DNA of 64,000 nt from Auanema rhodensis (GCA_964057225.1 OZ059897.1:5270001-5334000); one strand, 5' to 3'; numbered from the stretch's first letter, positions 15,001 to 27,013 are shown. Notes: generated by a model not told the origin, from the letters alone. A program made the numbers and translations.

Positions 15001-17433
15001 TGCACCAATATCAATAAAAATTTGTTTTTAGACTAATATGGACATGGGGAATCTAATTTTGAAAATCGCATCTCTTTATCTTTCACGTGAAGCGAGTTAC
15101 ATACCAAGTGCACATCACGTGTACATTTAATTAGCATAAATTAAAGTTCACGTAAATTTCAAAGTCATGGTTACCATGCACCAATATCAATAAAAATTTG
15201 TTTTTAGACTAATATGGACATGGGGAATCTAATTTTGAAAACCGCATCTCTTTATCTTTCACGTGAAGCAAGTTACATACCAAGTGCACAGCACGTGTAC
15301 ATTTAATTAGCATAAATTAAAGTTCACGTAAATTTCAAAGTCATGGTTACCATGCACCAATATCAATAAAAATTTGTTTTTAGACTAATATGGACATGGG
15401 GAATCTAATTTTGAAAATCGCATCTCTTTATCTTTCACGTGAAGCGAGTTACATACCAAGTGCACATCACGTGTACATTTAATTAGCATAAATTAAAGTT
15501 CACGTAAATTTCAAAGTCATGGTTACCATGCACCAATATCAATAAAAATTTGTTTTTAGACTAATATGGACATGGGGAATCTAATTTTGAAAATCGCATC
15601 TCTTTATCTTTCACGTGAAGCGAGTTACATACCAAGTGCACATCACGTGTACATTTAATTAGCATAAATTAAAGTTCACGTAAATTTGAAAGTCATGGTT
15701 ACCATGCACCAATATCAATAAAAATTTGTTTTTAGACTAATATGGACATGGGGAATCTAATTTTGAAAACCGCATCTCTTTATCTTTCACGTGAAGTGGG
15801 TTACATACCAAGTGCACATCACGTGTACATTTAATTAGCATAAATTAAAGTTCACGTAAATTTCAAAGTCATGGTTACCATGCACCAATATCAATAAAAA
15901 TTTGTTTTTAGACTAATATGGACATGGGGAATCTAATTTTAAAAACCTGCATCTCTTTATCTTTCACGTGAAGCGAGTTACATACCAAGTGCACATCACG
16001 TGTACATTTAATTAGCATAAATTAAAGTTCACGTAAATTTCAAAGTCATAGTTACCATGCACTAATATCAATAAAAATTTGTTTTTAGACTAATATGGAC
16101 ATGGGGAATCTAATTTTAAAAACCTGCATCTCTTTATCTTTCACGTGAAGCGAGTTACATACCAAGTGCACATCACGTGTACATTTAATTAGCATAAATT
16201 AAAGTTCACGTAAATTTCAAAGTCATGGTTACCATGCACCAATATCAATAAAAATTTGTTTTTAGACTAATATGGACATGGGGAATCTAATTTTAAAAAC
16301 CTGCATCTCTTTATCTTTCACGTGAAGCGAGTTACATACCAAGTGCACATCACGTGTACATTTAATTAGCATAAATTAAAGTTCACGTAAATTTTAAAGT
16401 CGTGGTTACCATGCACTATTATCAATAAAAATTTGTTTTTAGACTAATATGGACATGGGGAATCTAATTTTGAAAACCGCATCTCTTTATCTTTCACGTG
16501 AAGCAAGTTACATACCAAGTGCACATCACGTGCACATTTAATTAGCATAAATCAAAGTTCACGTAAATTTCAAAGTCATGGTTACCATGCACCAATATCA
16601 ATAAAAATTTGTTTTTAGATTAATATGGACATGGGGAATCTAATTTTGAAAACCGCATCTCTTTATCTTTCACGTGAAGCGAGTTACATACCAAGTGCAC
16701 ATCACGTGTACATTTAATTAGCATAAATTAAAGTTCACGTAAATTTCAAAGTCATGGTTACCATGCACCAATATCAATAAAAATTTGTTTTTAGACTAAT
16801 ATGGACATGGGGAATCTAATTGTGAAAACCGCATCTCTTTATCTTTCACGTGAAGCGAGTTACATACCAAGTGCACATCACGTGTACATTTAATTAGCAT
16901 AAATTAAAGTTCACGTAAATTTCAAAGTCATGGTTACCATGCACCAATATCAATAAAAATTTGTTTTTAGACTAATATGGACATGGGGAATCTAATTTTG
17001 AAAACCGCATCTCTTTATCTTTCACGTGAAGCGAGTTACATACCAAGTGCACATCACGTGTACATTTAATTAGCATAAATTAAAGTTCACGTAAATTTCA
17101 AAGTCATGGTTACCATGCACCAATATCAATAAAAATTTGTTTTTAGACTAATATGGACATGGGGAATCTAATTTTGAAAACCGCATCTCTTTATCTTTCA
17201 CGGGAAGTGGGTTACATACCAAGTGCACATCACGTGTACATTTAATTAGCATAAATTAAAGTTCACGTAAATTTCAAAGTCATGGTTACCATGCACTAAT
17301 ATCAATAAAAATTTGTTTTTAGACTAATATGGACATGGGGAATCTAATTTTGAAAACCGCATCTCTTTATCTTTCACGTGAAGCGAGTTACATACCAAGT
17401 GCACATCACGTGCACATTTAATTAGCATAAATT
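1..17433. repeat. 176-bp satellite tandem array, about 99 monomers, open at the window start
   Basis: TTAATTAGCA recurs at 1, 177 ... 2641 (15x176). Monomers are nearly identical, with recurrent SNP variants. Confidence 0.99.
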
Positions 17434-18292
17434 TGTTTTGACTGGAGTCCTTTGAAGTAGGAGAGCGTAAAACAGGCATGGGTGGTTCAGTGGATTTGAA
17501 GTGTAGAGAACGAGAACGCTAGGTTACTTGGACAACGATTTATTAAGAGAGAACTGGTAAAGACAACAGTGACAAAAATAGGAATATAGATGAATACGAT
17601 ACGAAGCAAGAATACAAAGTAAATATGGAGCAGCAGCAACAGCAGAACGACGCTTGGAGCGGTCGTTGGATCAAGAGGTCAAGAATGGGAAAAGCTGCGA
17701 GCTTATATACGAATTCTACCGGGCGATATACAATACATATTAATGATGGCATGAAGAAATAGAGAAATAATTTACAACAAGAATACGAAATAATATATAA
17801 TAAATGAAATATAAAATAATCTAGGAATAATAGATACGTGGGCTGAATATTAGAATAGAATAGAATATAGAGAGAATACAGCATTTTGCCACAGATTGAA
17901 TGTGCCTTCTGCTGTAAGTTGTGGGGGCAGGCTAAGTGTAGATGAGTCATGTCTTATCCTGTGCGGCATCTCCCAGATTTTGCAGGATGCGCGAGTGGGC
18001 GAATGAGTCATGAGCCATTTAGACCTCGATTGCAACTTACAAGATTATTGATTAAGCTAAACGAATTCTTAAGATTAAAATAGACTATAGGCAATAAGAG
18101 AACAAGATTAACATAAAAGGTTAAGATGGATAGATGTGTTTAAGAGACAATAATGAAGGAACATCTGGTGAGTAATCGGATAAACTTGCATGTGTGTGTG
18201 CGGCACGTATGAGTCATAGGTGAATAAAATAGTGGGAATAAAGTGCATCGTTGTCCAAAAAGAGTATGGGAAAGATGGAGTGCGTTCGCACA
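17434..18292 (-). mobile_element. Solo LTR of an LTR retrotransposon (859 bp; BEL/Pao- or Gypsy-type)
   Basis: TGT...ACA termini with 5-bp TSD AAATT (17429-17433, 18293-18297); the satellite resumes in register. The minus strand has TATATAA (17703-17709) upstream of AATAAA (17539-17544). No internal gag/pol. Confidence 0.85.
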
Positions 18293-20263
18293 AAATTAAA
18301 GTTCACGTAAATTTCAAAGTCATGGTTACCATGCACTAATATCAATAAAAATTTGTTTTTAGACTAATATGGACATGTGGAATCTAATTTTGAAAATCGC
18401 ATCTCTTTATCTTTCACGTGAAGCGAGTTACATACCAAGTGCACATCACGTGTACATTTAATTAGCATAAATTAAAGTTCACGTAAATTTCAAAGTCATG
18501 GTTACCATGCACCAATATCAATAAAAATTTGTTTTTAGACTAATATGGACATGGGGAATCTAATTTTAAAAACCGCATCTCTTTATCTTTCACGTGAAGC
18601 GAGTTACATACCAAGTGCACATCACGTGTACATTTAATTAGCATAAATTAAAGTTCACGTAAATTTCAAAGTCATGGTTACCATGCACCAATATCAATAA
18701 AAATTTGTTTTTAGACTAATATGGACATGGGGAATCTAATTTTGGAAACCGCATCTCTTTATCTTTCACGTGAAGCAAGTTACATACCAAGTGCACATCA
18801 CGTGCACATTTAATTAGCATAAATTAAAGTTCACGTAAATTTCAAAGTCATGGTTACCATGCACCAATATCAATAAAAATTTGTTTTTAGACTAATATGG
18901 ACATGGGGAATCTAATTTTAAAAACCGCATCTCTTTATCTTTCACGTGAAGCGAGTTACATACCAAGTGCACATCACGTGTACATTTAATTAGCATAAAT
19001 TAAAGTTCACGTAAATTTCAAAGTCATGGTTACCATGCACCAATATCAATAAAAATTTGTTTTTAGACTAATATGGACATGGGGAATCTAATTTTGGAAA
19101 CCGCATCTCTTTATCTTTCACGTGAAGCAAGTTACATACCAAGTGCACATCACGTGTACATTTAATTAGCATAAATTAAAGTTCACGTAAATTTCAAAGT
19201 CATGGTTACCATGCACCAATATCAATAAAAATTTGTTTTTAGACTAATATGGACATGGGGAATCTAATTTTAAAAACCGCATCTCTTTATCTTTCACGTG
19301 AAGCGAGTTACATACCAAGTGCACATCACGTGTACATTTAATTAGCATAAATTAAAGTTCACGTAAATTTCAAAGTCATGGTTACCATGCACCAATATCA
19401 ATAAAAATTTGTTTTTAGACTAATATGGACATGGGGAATCTAATTTTGGAAACCGCATCTCTTTATCTTTCACGTGAAGCAAGTTACATACCAAGTGCAC
19501 ATCACGTGTACATTTAATTAGCATAAATTAAAGTTCACGTAAATTTCAAAGTCATGGTTACCATGCACCAATATCAATAAAAATTTGTTTTTAGACTAAT
19601 ATGGACATGGGGAATCTAATTTTGGAAACCGCATCTCTTTATCTTTCACGGGAAGTGGGTTACATACCAAGTGCACATCACGTGTACATTTAATTAGCAT
19701 AAATTAAAGTTCACGTAAATTTCAAAGTCATGGTTACCATGCACTAATATCAATAAAAATTTGTTTTTAGACTAATATGGACATGGGGAATCTAATTTTG
19801 AAAACCGCATCTCTTTATCTTTCACGTGAAGCGAGTTACATACCAAGTGCACATCACGTGTACATTTAATTAGCATAAATTAAAGTTCACGTAAATTTCA
19901 AAGTCATGGTTACCATGCACCAATATCAATAAAAATTTGTTTTTAGACTAATATGGACATGGGGAATCTAATTTTAAAAACCGCATCTCTTTATCTTTCA
20001 CGTGAAGCGAGTTACATACCAAGTGCACATCACGTGTACATTTAATTAGCATAAATTAAAGTTCACGTAAATTTCAAAGTCATGGTTACCATGCACCAAT
20101 ATCAATAAAAATTTGTTTTTAGACTAATATGGACATGGGGAATCTAATTTTAAAAACCGAATCTCTTTATCTTTCACGTGAAGCGAGTTACATACCAAGT
20201 GCACATCACGTGTACATTTAATTAGCATAAATTAAAGTTCACGTAAATTTCAAAGGCATGGTT
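18293..20263. repeat. 176-bp satellite continuation, about 11 monomers
   Basis: Same monomer; ends at ATGGTT, the Maverick target site. Confidence 0.98.
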
Positions 20264-20835
20264 AGTAGAGAGCCATGCCGAATTTACTAACCACGCCCCC
20301 AAACAGTTGCTAAAAACATACTTTTGAGGGCGTCAGCTGCTAAAATCATACTTTTGGGGGCGTCAGCTGTCAAAATCATATTTTCGGCGTCAGTCAAAAA
20401 TATACTTTTCCTCCCGTGGCAGGCTCTCGAGCCTGCGCATGGATCAAAATGCATGATTTTTTTTTTTTTTAAATTATTTTTTAATCTATTTTTAAATCAA
20501 TTTTTATTATTTATATATTTGTTAATTGTATTTGTAAATATTTTTAAACTTATTTCTTTTTAAATGTATTTTTAATATTTATATATATTTTAAATTGTAT
20601 TTGTAAATAATATTATTTAATTGTTTCTTTTTAAATATATTTTTAATAATATTTCTTTTTAAATGTATTTTAATATTTATATATTTTTTAATTGTATCTT
20701 TAAAACTGAATAAATTATTTCTCATATATATTGTTTTTTATTTATTTAAATATTTTTAAAAGCTAATCAATATGTTCACCGTACTTCTTATGGGTTAATC
20801 AATGGAACTCATATCGAAGGTTAATTCGATAAGAA
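20264..20835 (+). repeat. Outer Maverick TIR, integrase end
   Basis: Inverted match to 56320-56960 and direct match to 35153-35725. Confidence 0.92.
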
Positions 20836-21767
20836 GTAATAAATATTTAAACTTTAATGAAACACATATCGAAGGTTAATTCGATAAGATTGTTAAAACA
20901 GGTGCACTACACATGGCAAAAGTTGTGTTCATAAAAATATGATAAATAGCTGTACACCACATGTACCCATAACGCTAAAGAATACTTACTATGCCAAGGG
21001 GTCATGAGTATATACGAATATTTTCAAACTTTTTAGCATCAAAAATGTTACTTTAAAGTAATTGTTGTTGTAGCCCTAATAGTTTATAAATGTTCTGATA
21101 GCTAATGTATTTCATAACTATGTTCAAGAATAGAATAAATGTTTCGTAATATATTTATTGAACAATAAATTTTCATTTAAAATTAGAACATGTGTTAACA
21201 TTTTGTAAGAGTTTCTTTTTTACAAAGTGTCTGGAAATGTTGTACTTGTAATCGGATGTGTACAAGTCTGTTTTTCGCAACAATCCTGCGTTTCCTCAGA
21301 AGGATCCAACATTTTGAATTAGTGTTTCCTAAACTATAAAAATAAGAGTGTACCACAGCTGTTATAATAAGAATATGAATACAATATTAAACGATCCTAT
21401 TGTAATATTCCACAATTTTGGCTGACAGTTGTTATTGTATAAGGACTTGTCACAAATGAGTTGAATTATTGTTAAATATTTGGATTTACGAAATCGAATG
21501 CTGTAACAAGTAATTAATAAGCGGATAGTTTACAGGTTGTTAATCCGGCAACTGTTGGCGCAATCGGTGTATTTTAGCGCATTTGGCAGCTGTTTGCGCA
21601 ACAAACTGCTAATTAATGTATAAATGCATATATTTGTTGTAATATATAACAAATAGAAAAGCCGCATACAGCAGTCAACTGTTTTGTGAAAGAGGCGGAG
21701 TGGGTAGAGCTTTACAACAAAGTTTGTATAAAAGGTGGCAAAATTTTTTAGACCGAAATTTGCATTT

Positions 21768-21887
21768 CAGCTCCGCCAACAAGTCGACTATACGATCCAG
21801 CTCTGTCAACAAGTCTACTCTCCGATCCAGCTCCGCCACCAAGTCTTCTCGCCGATCCACCTCTGCCAACAAGCCGACGATCTGATC
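21768..21887. repeat. 30-bp tandem repeat x4 (copies at 50132-50251 and 61097-61216)
   Basis: Units of the form CAGCTC(C/T)GCCAACAAGTC...GATC. Confidence 0.9.
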
Positions 21888-21989
21888 CAACGTCAACAGA
21901 CTGCTGCTAGGACTTTCCTCTACTCTACTTGGACCCTAGACGTAAAAGTTCGTTGTTGTTTAGGAAAAGCCTCCAATTGGGCTACAAAC

Positions 21990-22583
21990 ATGAAGCGTTC
22001 CGCTCTTGTTGATGTAGAGAATATTGTACCTTCGACACCGGAACCGGATGTTCCAAGACCACCCACACCAGGACCCAACTTTGCTGCCACATTCTTTGGT
22101 AAGGTTTTATTTTTGTTATTAATTATTTTTTGTTTAGACACACCAAAAAAGCAGGTACAAATCTCAAAAAATAGCTCTCCACAACAGCCTGTAGTTATGA
22201 GACCAATATGTCTCTGCAAAACTTGTAGGGATACATTGCAAGTCGTAGACGAGTACCACTGTTTCAGCCTCTGTGTCAAGTGTAGAGCGAGGAATGATGC
22301 CTTAGGGCTTTTAAAAGTTTTCCGTCATTATAAACCTGAAAATTCAACAATCAATGTGAGATTATAAAATTATTAATTCTAATTATTATTTTTTCTTTTA
22401 CAGATGCGTTCCTATTCTAGCATGTCATCAAAACAATTGTTGAATAATATGGGTTACATTGCCATTTATACTGATGAGTCAACTGTCAAGTCTTTTGGTT
22501 ATAAGCAGAATGTGTTCTACTTTAAATTAAGTCAACAGGCGCTCAACTTGAATATGCTTATCCGTTTTGATCCATCGTTTTGA
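21990..22583 (+). CDS. Spliced Cys-rich cargo gene of unknown function, about 168 aa, 3 exons
   Basis: ATG at 21990. GT-AG introns 22099-22137 and 22356-22403 give an open frame to TGA at 22581-22583. Pro-rich N-terminus, then CxCxxC...HC...CxxC. Confidence 0.55.
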
Positions 22584-22879
22584 CTACAACAAGCACAAAC
22601 TGTTTAATGGACAGTTGGTTGATTTTGTTATGTTATATTTAAATTATCTTAGCCGTAACATTTTTTTTTCCAGCTTTCGAAGTTTGAAATTATCCATCAA
22701 CAGCCGACTCTCTAACCAACTGGTAAGCATTAAAAATTTAAATATTAATCAGTTTATAAATATAGGTTATATCATTGTCTTGGCTTTTATGTTTTGCTGG
22801 TTTTTATTGTTACAATATGAACGATTGATCAAATAAATCATTTATTATTAATACAATTGTTTACAACAACAGTGAAAAA

Positions 22880-23986
22880 TTATACATTTAAATTTTCTGC
22901 ATCTATCCATTCATTAAAGTTGTCGGGATAGCCACTCCATTTTACAAATACTTGGCGTTTACCATTTCGTGTACGATCTTTCAAAACTTTCTCAATATAG
23001 TACTGGTTGCTTTTATTAGTAGCCAACACAAGTTCAGGCTCATAGAATATTCCCTTTATACGTTCACCATTATAATCTACAAGTTTATACACGGTTGGGT
23101 TCCCGGCTACAATCTCATCAATTGTGAATAGTTCCATTGTATATCCAGACTCGTAACTTTTTTCAAAAGTACGCCTGTTCTTGCTTATGCGAACATTATC
23201 ACCAATTTTAAATCGGTTGCGAACAGCTGGTGCATATTCTTCAACGAATATATTTGCTGTAACATCTACGGGGCGCATTTTAATCGACCGATTATAAGAT
23301 TTGTTTATTCCTTCGACCAAGTCATCTAGTATATCAATCCATCGATGATTATTCTTGTAATAGAGATATTTCATCATGCGCGTTTTTAAAGTTCTATTTG
23401 CTCGCTCCACCATTGCCGCCTTTTGTGGTGAACTTGTTGATCCATGCAGTATGGCAAATTTTTTGAATAGTTTTTCACAATGACTATTATAAAACTCTGC
23501 ACCGTTATCCGTTATTAGTTGGATTGGTATAAAATCCTTGAATACATTTTCAAATGCAGTAGCAACCTCTAAACCACCTTTAGTTTTCAAAGGCCTAACA
23601 TATAACATGCGTGTATAAACATCAATCATGGTCAACATGTAAGCATAGCCGTCATTTGATTTTTTATATTTTTGCATATCAACCAAATCTGCTTGCATTG
23701 TTAGGAATCGACCACAGCCTCTAGTCTTTTTAGTCTGCATATGCAGTCTGGTTGGTTTATGACGTGTAAAAGTTTCAGAGTCTTGCAAAAAACTTTCAAC
23801 TTGTGCTTTTGCGATGCCATGCTTTCGCGCTTCCAATAATAGATTTTTGGCAGACGTATAAGAAGTTGGATGCTTAATATTATAATAAATGTTCTCCAAA
23901 ACATTACTTCCATAATCTAATGTAGAATCGTTTACGTCCTTTGCCATTCTGTGTTTCTCCCGCCTGAGGTGTGTAATATGATTCAC
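22880..23986 (-). CDS. Maverick rve (DDE) integrase with C-terminal chromodomain
   Basis: QADLVDM, ITDNGAEF and VERANRTLK motifs; YYIEKVL...VKWSGY...NEWI chromodomain. Likely ATG at 23947. Confidence 0.95.
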   Translation of the reverse strand: MNHITHLRREKHRMAKDVNDSTLDYGSNVLENIYYNIKHPTSYTSAKNLLLEARKHGIAKAQVESFLQDSETFTRHKPTRLHMQTKKTRGCGRFLTMQADLVDMQKYKKSNDGYAYMLTMIDVYTRMLYVRPLKTKGGLEVATAFENVFKDFIPIQLITDNGAEFYNSHCEKLFKKFAILHGSTSSPQKAAMVERANRTLKTRMMKYLYYKNNHRWIDILDDLVEGINKSYNRSIKMRPVDVTANIFVEEYAPAVRNRFKIGDNVRISKNRRTFEKSYESGYTMELFTIDEIVAGNPTVYKLVDYNGERIKGIFYEPELVLATNKSNQYYIEKVLKDRTRNGKRQVFVKWSGYPDNFNEWIDAENLNV

Positions 23987-24641
23987 CAGTGTCAGCGGGT
24001 TTTGCCTTTTTATTTATAGCTTTGGATTTGAATGTACGACGCGGAGAGGGTGAATATCGAATAACAGCCTTACGATGACGTGGTGTTCTAGGTAATATAT
24101 TAATAGTAGCATCCAAGTCTGTGACAGCCGATGTGGATGTAGGCACGGGATCAACTGAATCCTTGTTACTGACGGCAGGCTCTACATTTTTTGCCTTCTT
24201 GTTAGGGCTAGAGACCCCATTACTGGCTAAGAATTTGGCTAATACTGAGAATCCATTGGGTTCCGTCTTTGTTTTATCCAGTACAAAATCCAAAATTTTT
24301 GTAATATTTGTGTTTGGTACGGGCTCATTATTAATCACAAGTTGGTTATTTTTGTTTGTACGCACCTCTGGAAATCTTTCCCACAGATCGTTATACTTTC
24401 GTGGCAGCTTGTATTCTGGCAATAATGGTGGATCAGCATTTTCCACTTGTACTGATATAGGCGCATCTATGCTTTCTCTATAGTTTTTGAGACGGGTAAT
24501 CAAGTCTTCGTATAGTTCAGCCTTTTTATAATCGGGTATAGATTTATTCTCTCGTAAGAGCTTCAATTCAGCATCAAACTTGTCTATATTCAGCGTTTCA
24601 TCATCAACAGGGATTAGACGATATTTATGATTGAGTTTCAT
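23904..24641 (-). CDS. Maverick hypothetical protein, 245 aa, basic C-terminus, putative virion core protein
   Basis: Intact in three copies; C-terminal QNGKG motif followed by RKR; overlaps the integrase. Confidence 0.75.
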   Translation of the reverse strand: MKLNHKYRLIPVDDETLNIDKFDAELKLLRENKSIPDYKKAELYEDLITRLKNYRESIDAPISVQVENADPPLLPEYKLPRKYNDLWERFPEVRTNKNNQLVINNEPVPNTNITKILDFVLDKTKTEPNGFSVLAKFLASNGVSSPNKKAKNVEPAVSNKDSVDPVPTSTSAVTDLDATINILPRTPRHRKAVIRYSPSPRRTFKSKAINKKAKPADTGESYYTPQAGETQNGKGRKRFYIRLWK

Positions 24642-24946
24642 CTTTTAAAACCAAAATAAGCAATTCCGCATGAAACTATTGTTTGCAATTGTTTGTGTGA
24701 AATCGTTGCCAATAAAGTTTTAGCCTTTTCGGGTGTGCGTATCAAAGCTATTTGACGTAATAATGAGGATATGGGCAAAAGGGTTTTATATTCCTTGTTA
24801 GTTAAGAGAAAATTATTATTTTTCACAATATTAAATACAATTTCAACAATAATTTCAATTTGTGAAAAAGAAAATGAGGAAACAGAACAAGGGGTTTTGG
24901 CACAAGAAGATAAAAAGTTGTAATTTGACAAAATACGACCACTCAT
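24638..24946 (-). CDS. Small Maverick protein, 102 aa
   Basis: ATGA overlap with the 245-aa ORF; present in all copies. Confidence 0.75.
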   Translation of the reverse strand: MSGRILSNYNFLSSCAKTPCSVSSFSFSQIEIIVEIVFNIVKNNNFLLTNKEYKTLLPISSLLRQIALIRTPEKAKTLLATISHKQLQTIVSCGIAYFGFKR

Positions 24947-24958
24947 TGAACATGCACA

Positions 24959-25606
24959 TTAAACACTGAATATATTTCTGGCTACATAAACAATAGGGTG
25001 CTCCGCTGTTATATCTGATAGTATACGCTGTTTCTCATTTGTTAAAGGATGGTTGTCAATCAGTAAATGACTATAGGGTGTAGACATTGCATCATCATAT
25101 GCTTCTAGAGCATTTTTAAAGCGGGGGCCAAATAATTGTTGCAGACAATTACGTATTTGTAATATATCCGAATGACTTTTCATCAGTATTATATATGTAC
25201 TATTAATTCGACTGGTCCTGTCTAGCTGAAATGCAGCTTGCACAAGATTAAACACTGCCAAATTCCAGTGATGTGCCCACACTGTAAAAATGTTGTTGAG
25301 TAATTCTTTAGCCGCTTTATTCGATGAGAAAAAATTCATCAAATCATCCAGCACTAGTATGGTGTTTACTCCCTTTTGCTCTTTTATTATATCCGGATCA
25401 GGTGGTCCTTGAATAACTATTAAACGCTCATCATTTAATGGAACACCTGACGATGCTCCACATTGACTGAACCAGAATATTCTATCAATGGGGACGTTGA
25501 AAAACTTTTCAGTATTTTCACATATACGTTTTATAAGGGTAGTTTTACCACATTGCGTTGCCCCTATTACAGTTGTCTGACTGGGTAGTTTGAAGCTGAA
25601 AACCAT
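24959..25606 (-). CDS. A32/FtsK-like packaging ATPase
   Basis: Walker A GATQCGKT, Walker B LVLDD, HHWN...Q motif; first ATG gives MVFSFK. Confidence 0.93.
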   Translation of the reverse strand: MVFSFKLPSQTTVIGATQCGKTTLIKRICENTEKFFNVPIDRIFWFSQCGASSGVPLNDERLIVIQGPPDPDIIKEQKGVNTILVLDDLMNFFSSNKAAKELLNNIFTVWAHHWNLAVFNLVQAAFQLDRTSRINSTYIILMKSHSDILQIRNCLQQLFGPRFKNALEAYDDAMSTPYSHLLIDNHPLTNEKQRILSDITAEHPIVYVARNIFSV

Positions 25607-25685
25607 AATCAACCACTCGTAAATGTACCTATAATGCAAATGATTTCATTTATACTAGTGTGCACGCATCAGGTGGTGGTCTCTG

Positions 25686-26543
25686 ATGGATGACTTTTAC
25701 ATTACTTTGCCGTCATCAGTTGACTCTGAAAAAAGTAATACCTCATCAGTGTTTCTTACCAGGTTACCTGAAACATTAAGGCTACGCAATAACAGATATT
25801 GCATTGGGCTGAAAGACATAATCTTTCCGTGTTCGATATTAAATGTACAAGAAAATCTTTCTTATACACTACGTTTTTCCAACAGAAAGTTTATTCTGCA
25901 CTTGCCCAAAGGTAACTATGCAAATGGTGATGAAATAATACGCGGAATCAATGCTGGAAAAGAACAATTTATTGCTAGCAGCACTAAACCTCTTGGAGCT
26001 GAGGAAGAAGCACGTATAAAGGGTTTGATAGATAAAGATGAAGATGTGAAAAAGTGGTATAATAATCGACAAGCTGAGGCTAAACTTGTCAAGGAAATGC
26101 TGGCAGACGCCACGTTTCGATTTAACAAAACACTACAACGCATAGAGTTTGTAACAAGTAAGCGGCTATTATTGAATGCAACACTCGGTGATGCTCTCGC
26201 ATATTTTCTTGGCTTTGAGAATAAAATTATCAACGACACGTTAATAGCCAGGCGCCCCATTGATTTTTCAAATAACATTAATACAATGTATATATATTGT
26301 GATATTGTAGAATATTCCATTCTCGGTAATGTGAAAGCTAATTTACTTGCATGTTTACCTGTACCACCTCCCACCGAATTTGGTAAAATGATTGCCAAAA
26401 CATTTAATCCTATTCGTTATGTACCAATCACTAAGCAAACACTCGATACTATACGTATTGAAATTTTAGATGAATTTGGCCGCCCTATGCAATTTAATTA
26501 TGGTTCTACAGTTGTTACATTACATGTTAAAAATGTGAAATAA
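25686..26543 (+). CDS. Minor capsid (penton-like) protein
   Basis: N-terminal FYITLPS, plus YIYCDIVE and IRIEILDEFGRP motifs typical of Polinton mCP. Confidence 0.88.
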   Translation: MDDFYITLPSSVDSEKSNTSSVFLTRLPETLRLRNNRYCIGLKDIIFPCSILNVQENLSYTLRFSNRKFILHLPKGNYANGDEIIRGINAGKEQFIASSTKPLGAEEEARIKGLIDKDEDVKKWYNNRQAEAKLVKEMLADATFRFNKTLQRIEFVTSKRLLLNATLGDALAYFLGFENKIINDTLIARRPIDFSNNINTMYIYCDIVEYSILGNVKANLLACLPVPPPTEFGKMIAKTFNPIRYVPITKQTLDTIRIEILDEFGRPMQFNYGSTVVTLHVKNVK

Positions 26544-26548
26544 ATGTT

Positions 26549-27013
26549 TTATTCAACAGTTATACAAGACCACATTACGATTTTCGAAGGTTTAAAAGGT
26601 AGTTCAGCGCCGTTTTGTTCGATGCGCGGCTCGTGTTGTGAATATTCTCGGTTACTATTGCAGCGGCATCGTTTTGGTTCGGTTGACTGTACAAACTCCT
26701 CAGTTTTTTCAGAGGGTTCGCTGGTATCATTTCCATCACCATCTTTACCATTCGTTCCATTACTATTATGAAGACGCCGAATATGACGCTGACAATTGAA
26801 TCTTGTTCCAAAAGTTTCACTACAATAAGGGCACAAACGTCTACGAACACCATCCAAATGTCCATATTTTTGAATAAAGTCAGCATTGCTGATATAACTG
26901 TTACATACGGGTTGAATCCCGTCATGTCTTTTTAATACGTGATCACTAAAATGCTTGGCTGATGAAAATATTTCCTTGCACGTAACACAATACTTGTTAC
27001 ATAAAAGTTCCAT
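26549..27013 (-). CDS. Protein with two C2H2 zinc fingers
   Basis: CVTCKEIFSSAKHFSDHVLKRH and CPYCSETFGTRFNCQRHIRRLH. Confidence 0.8.
   Translation of the reverse strand: MELLCNKYCVTCKEIFSSAKHFSDHVLKRHDGIQPVCNSYISNADFIQKYGHLDGVRRRLCPYCSETFGTRFNCQRHIRRLHNSNGTNGKDGDGNDTSEPSEKTEEFVQSTEPKRCRCNSNREYSQHEPRIEQNGAELPFKPSKIVMWSCITVE

Noticed and set aside
17543-18293. Minus-strand ORFs of 135, 61 and 61 aa
   Set aside because: Low-complexity translations of biased LTR sequence with no recognisable domains.
1-20263. CRISPR array
   Set aside because: Whole 176-bp monomers repeat with no unique spacers, there are no cas genes, and the context is eukaryotic.
20324-20563. TIR ORFs (also 56934-57231)
   Set aside because: Non-ATG or repeat-derived, and not conserved between TIR copies.
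22567-22836. 89-aa hydrophobic ORF
   Set aside because: TTG start, runs through intron-like sequence, and is absent from the ORF track in the inner and third copies.
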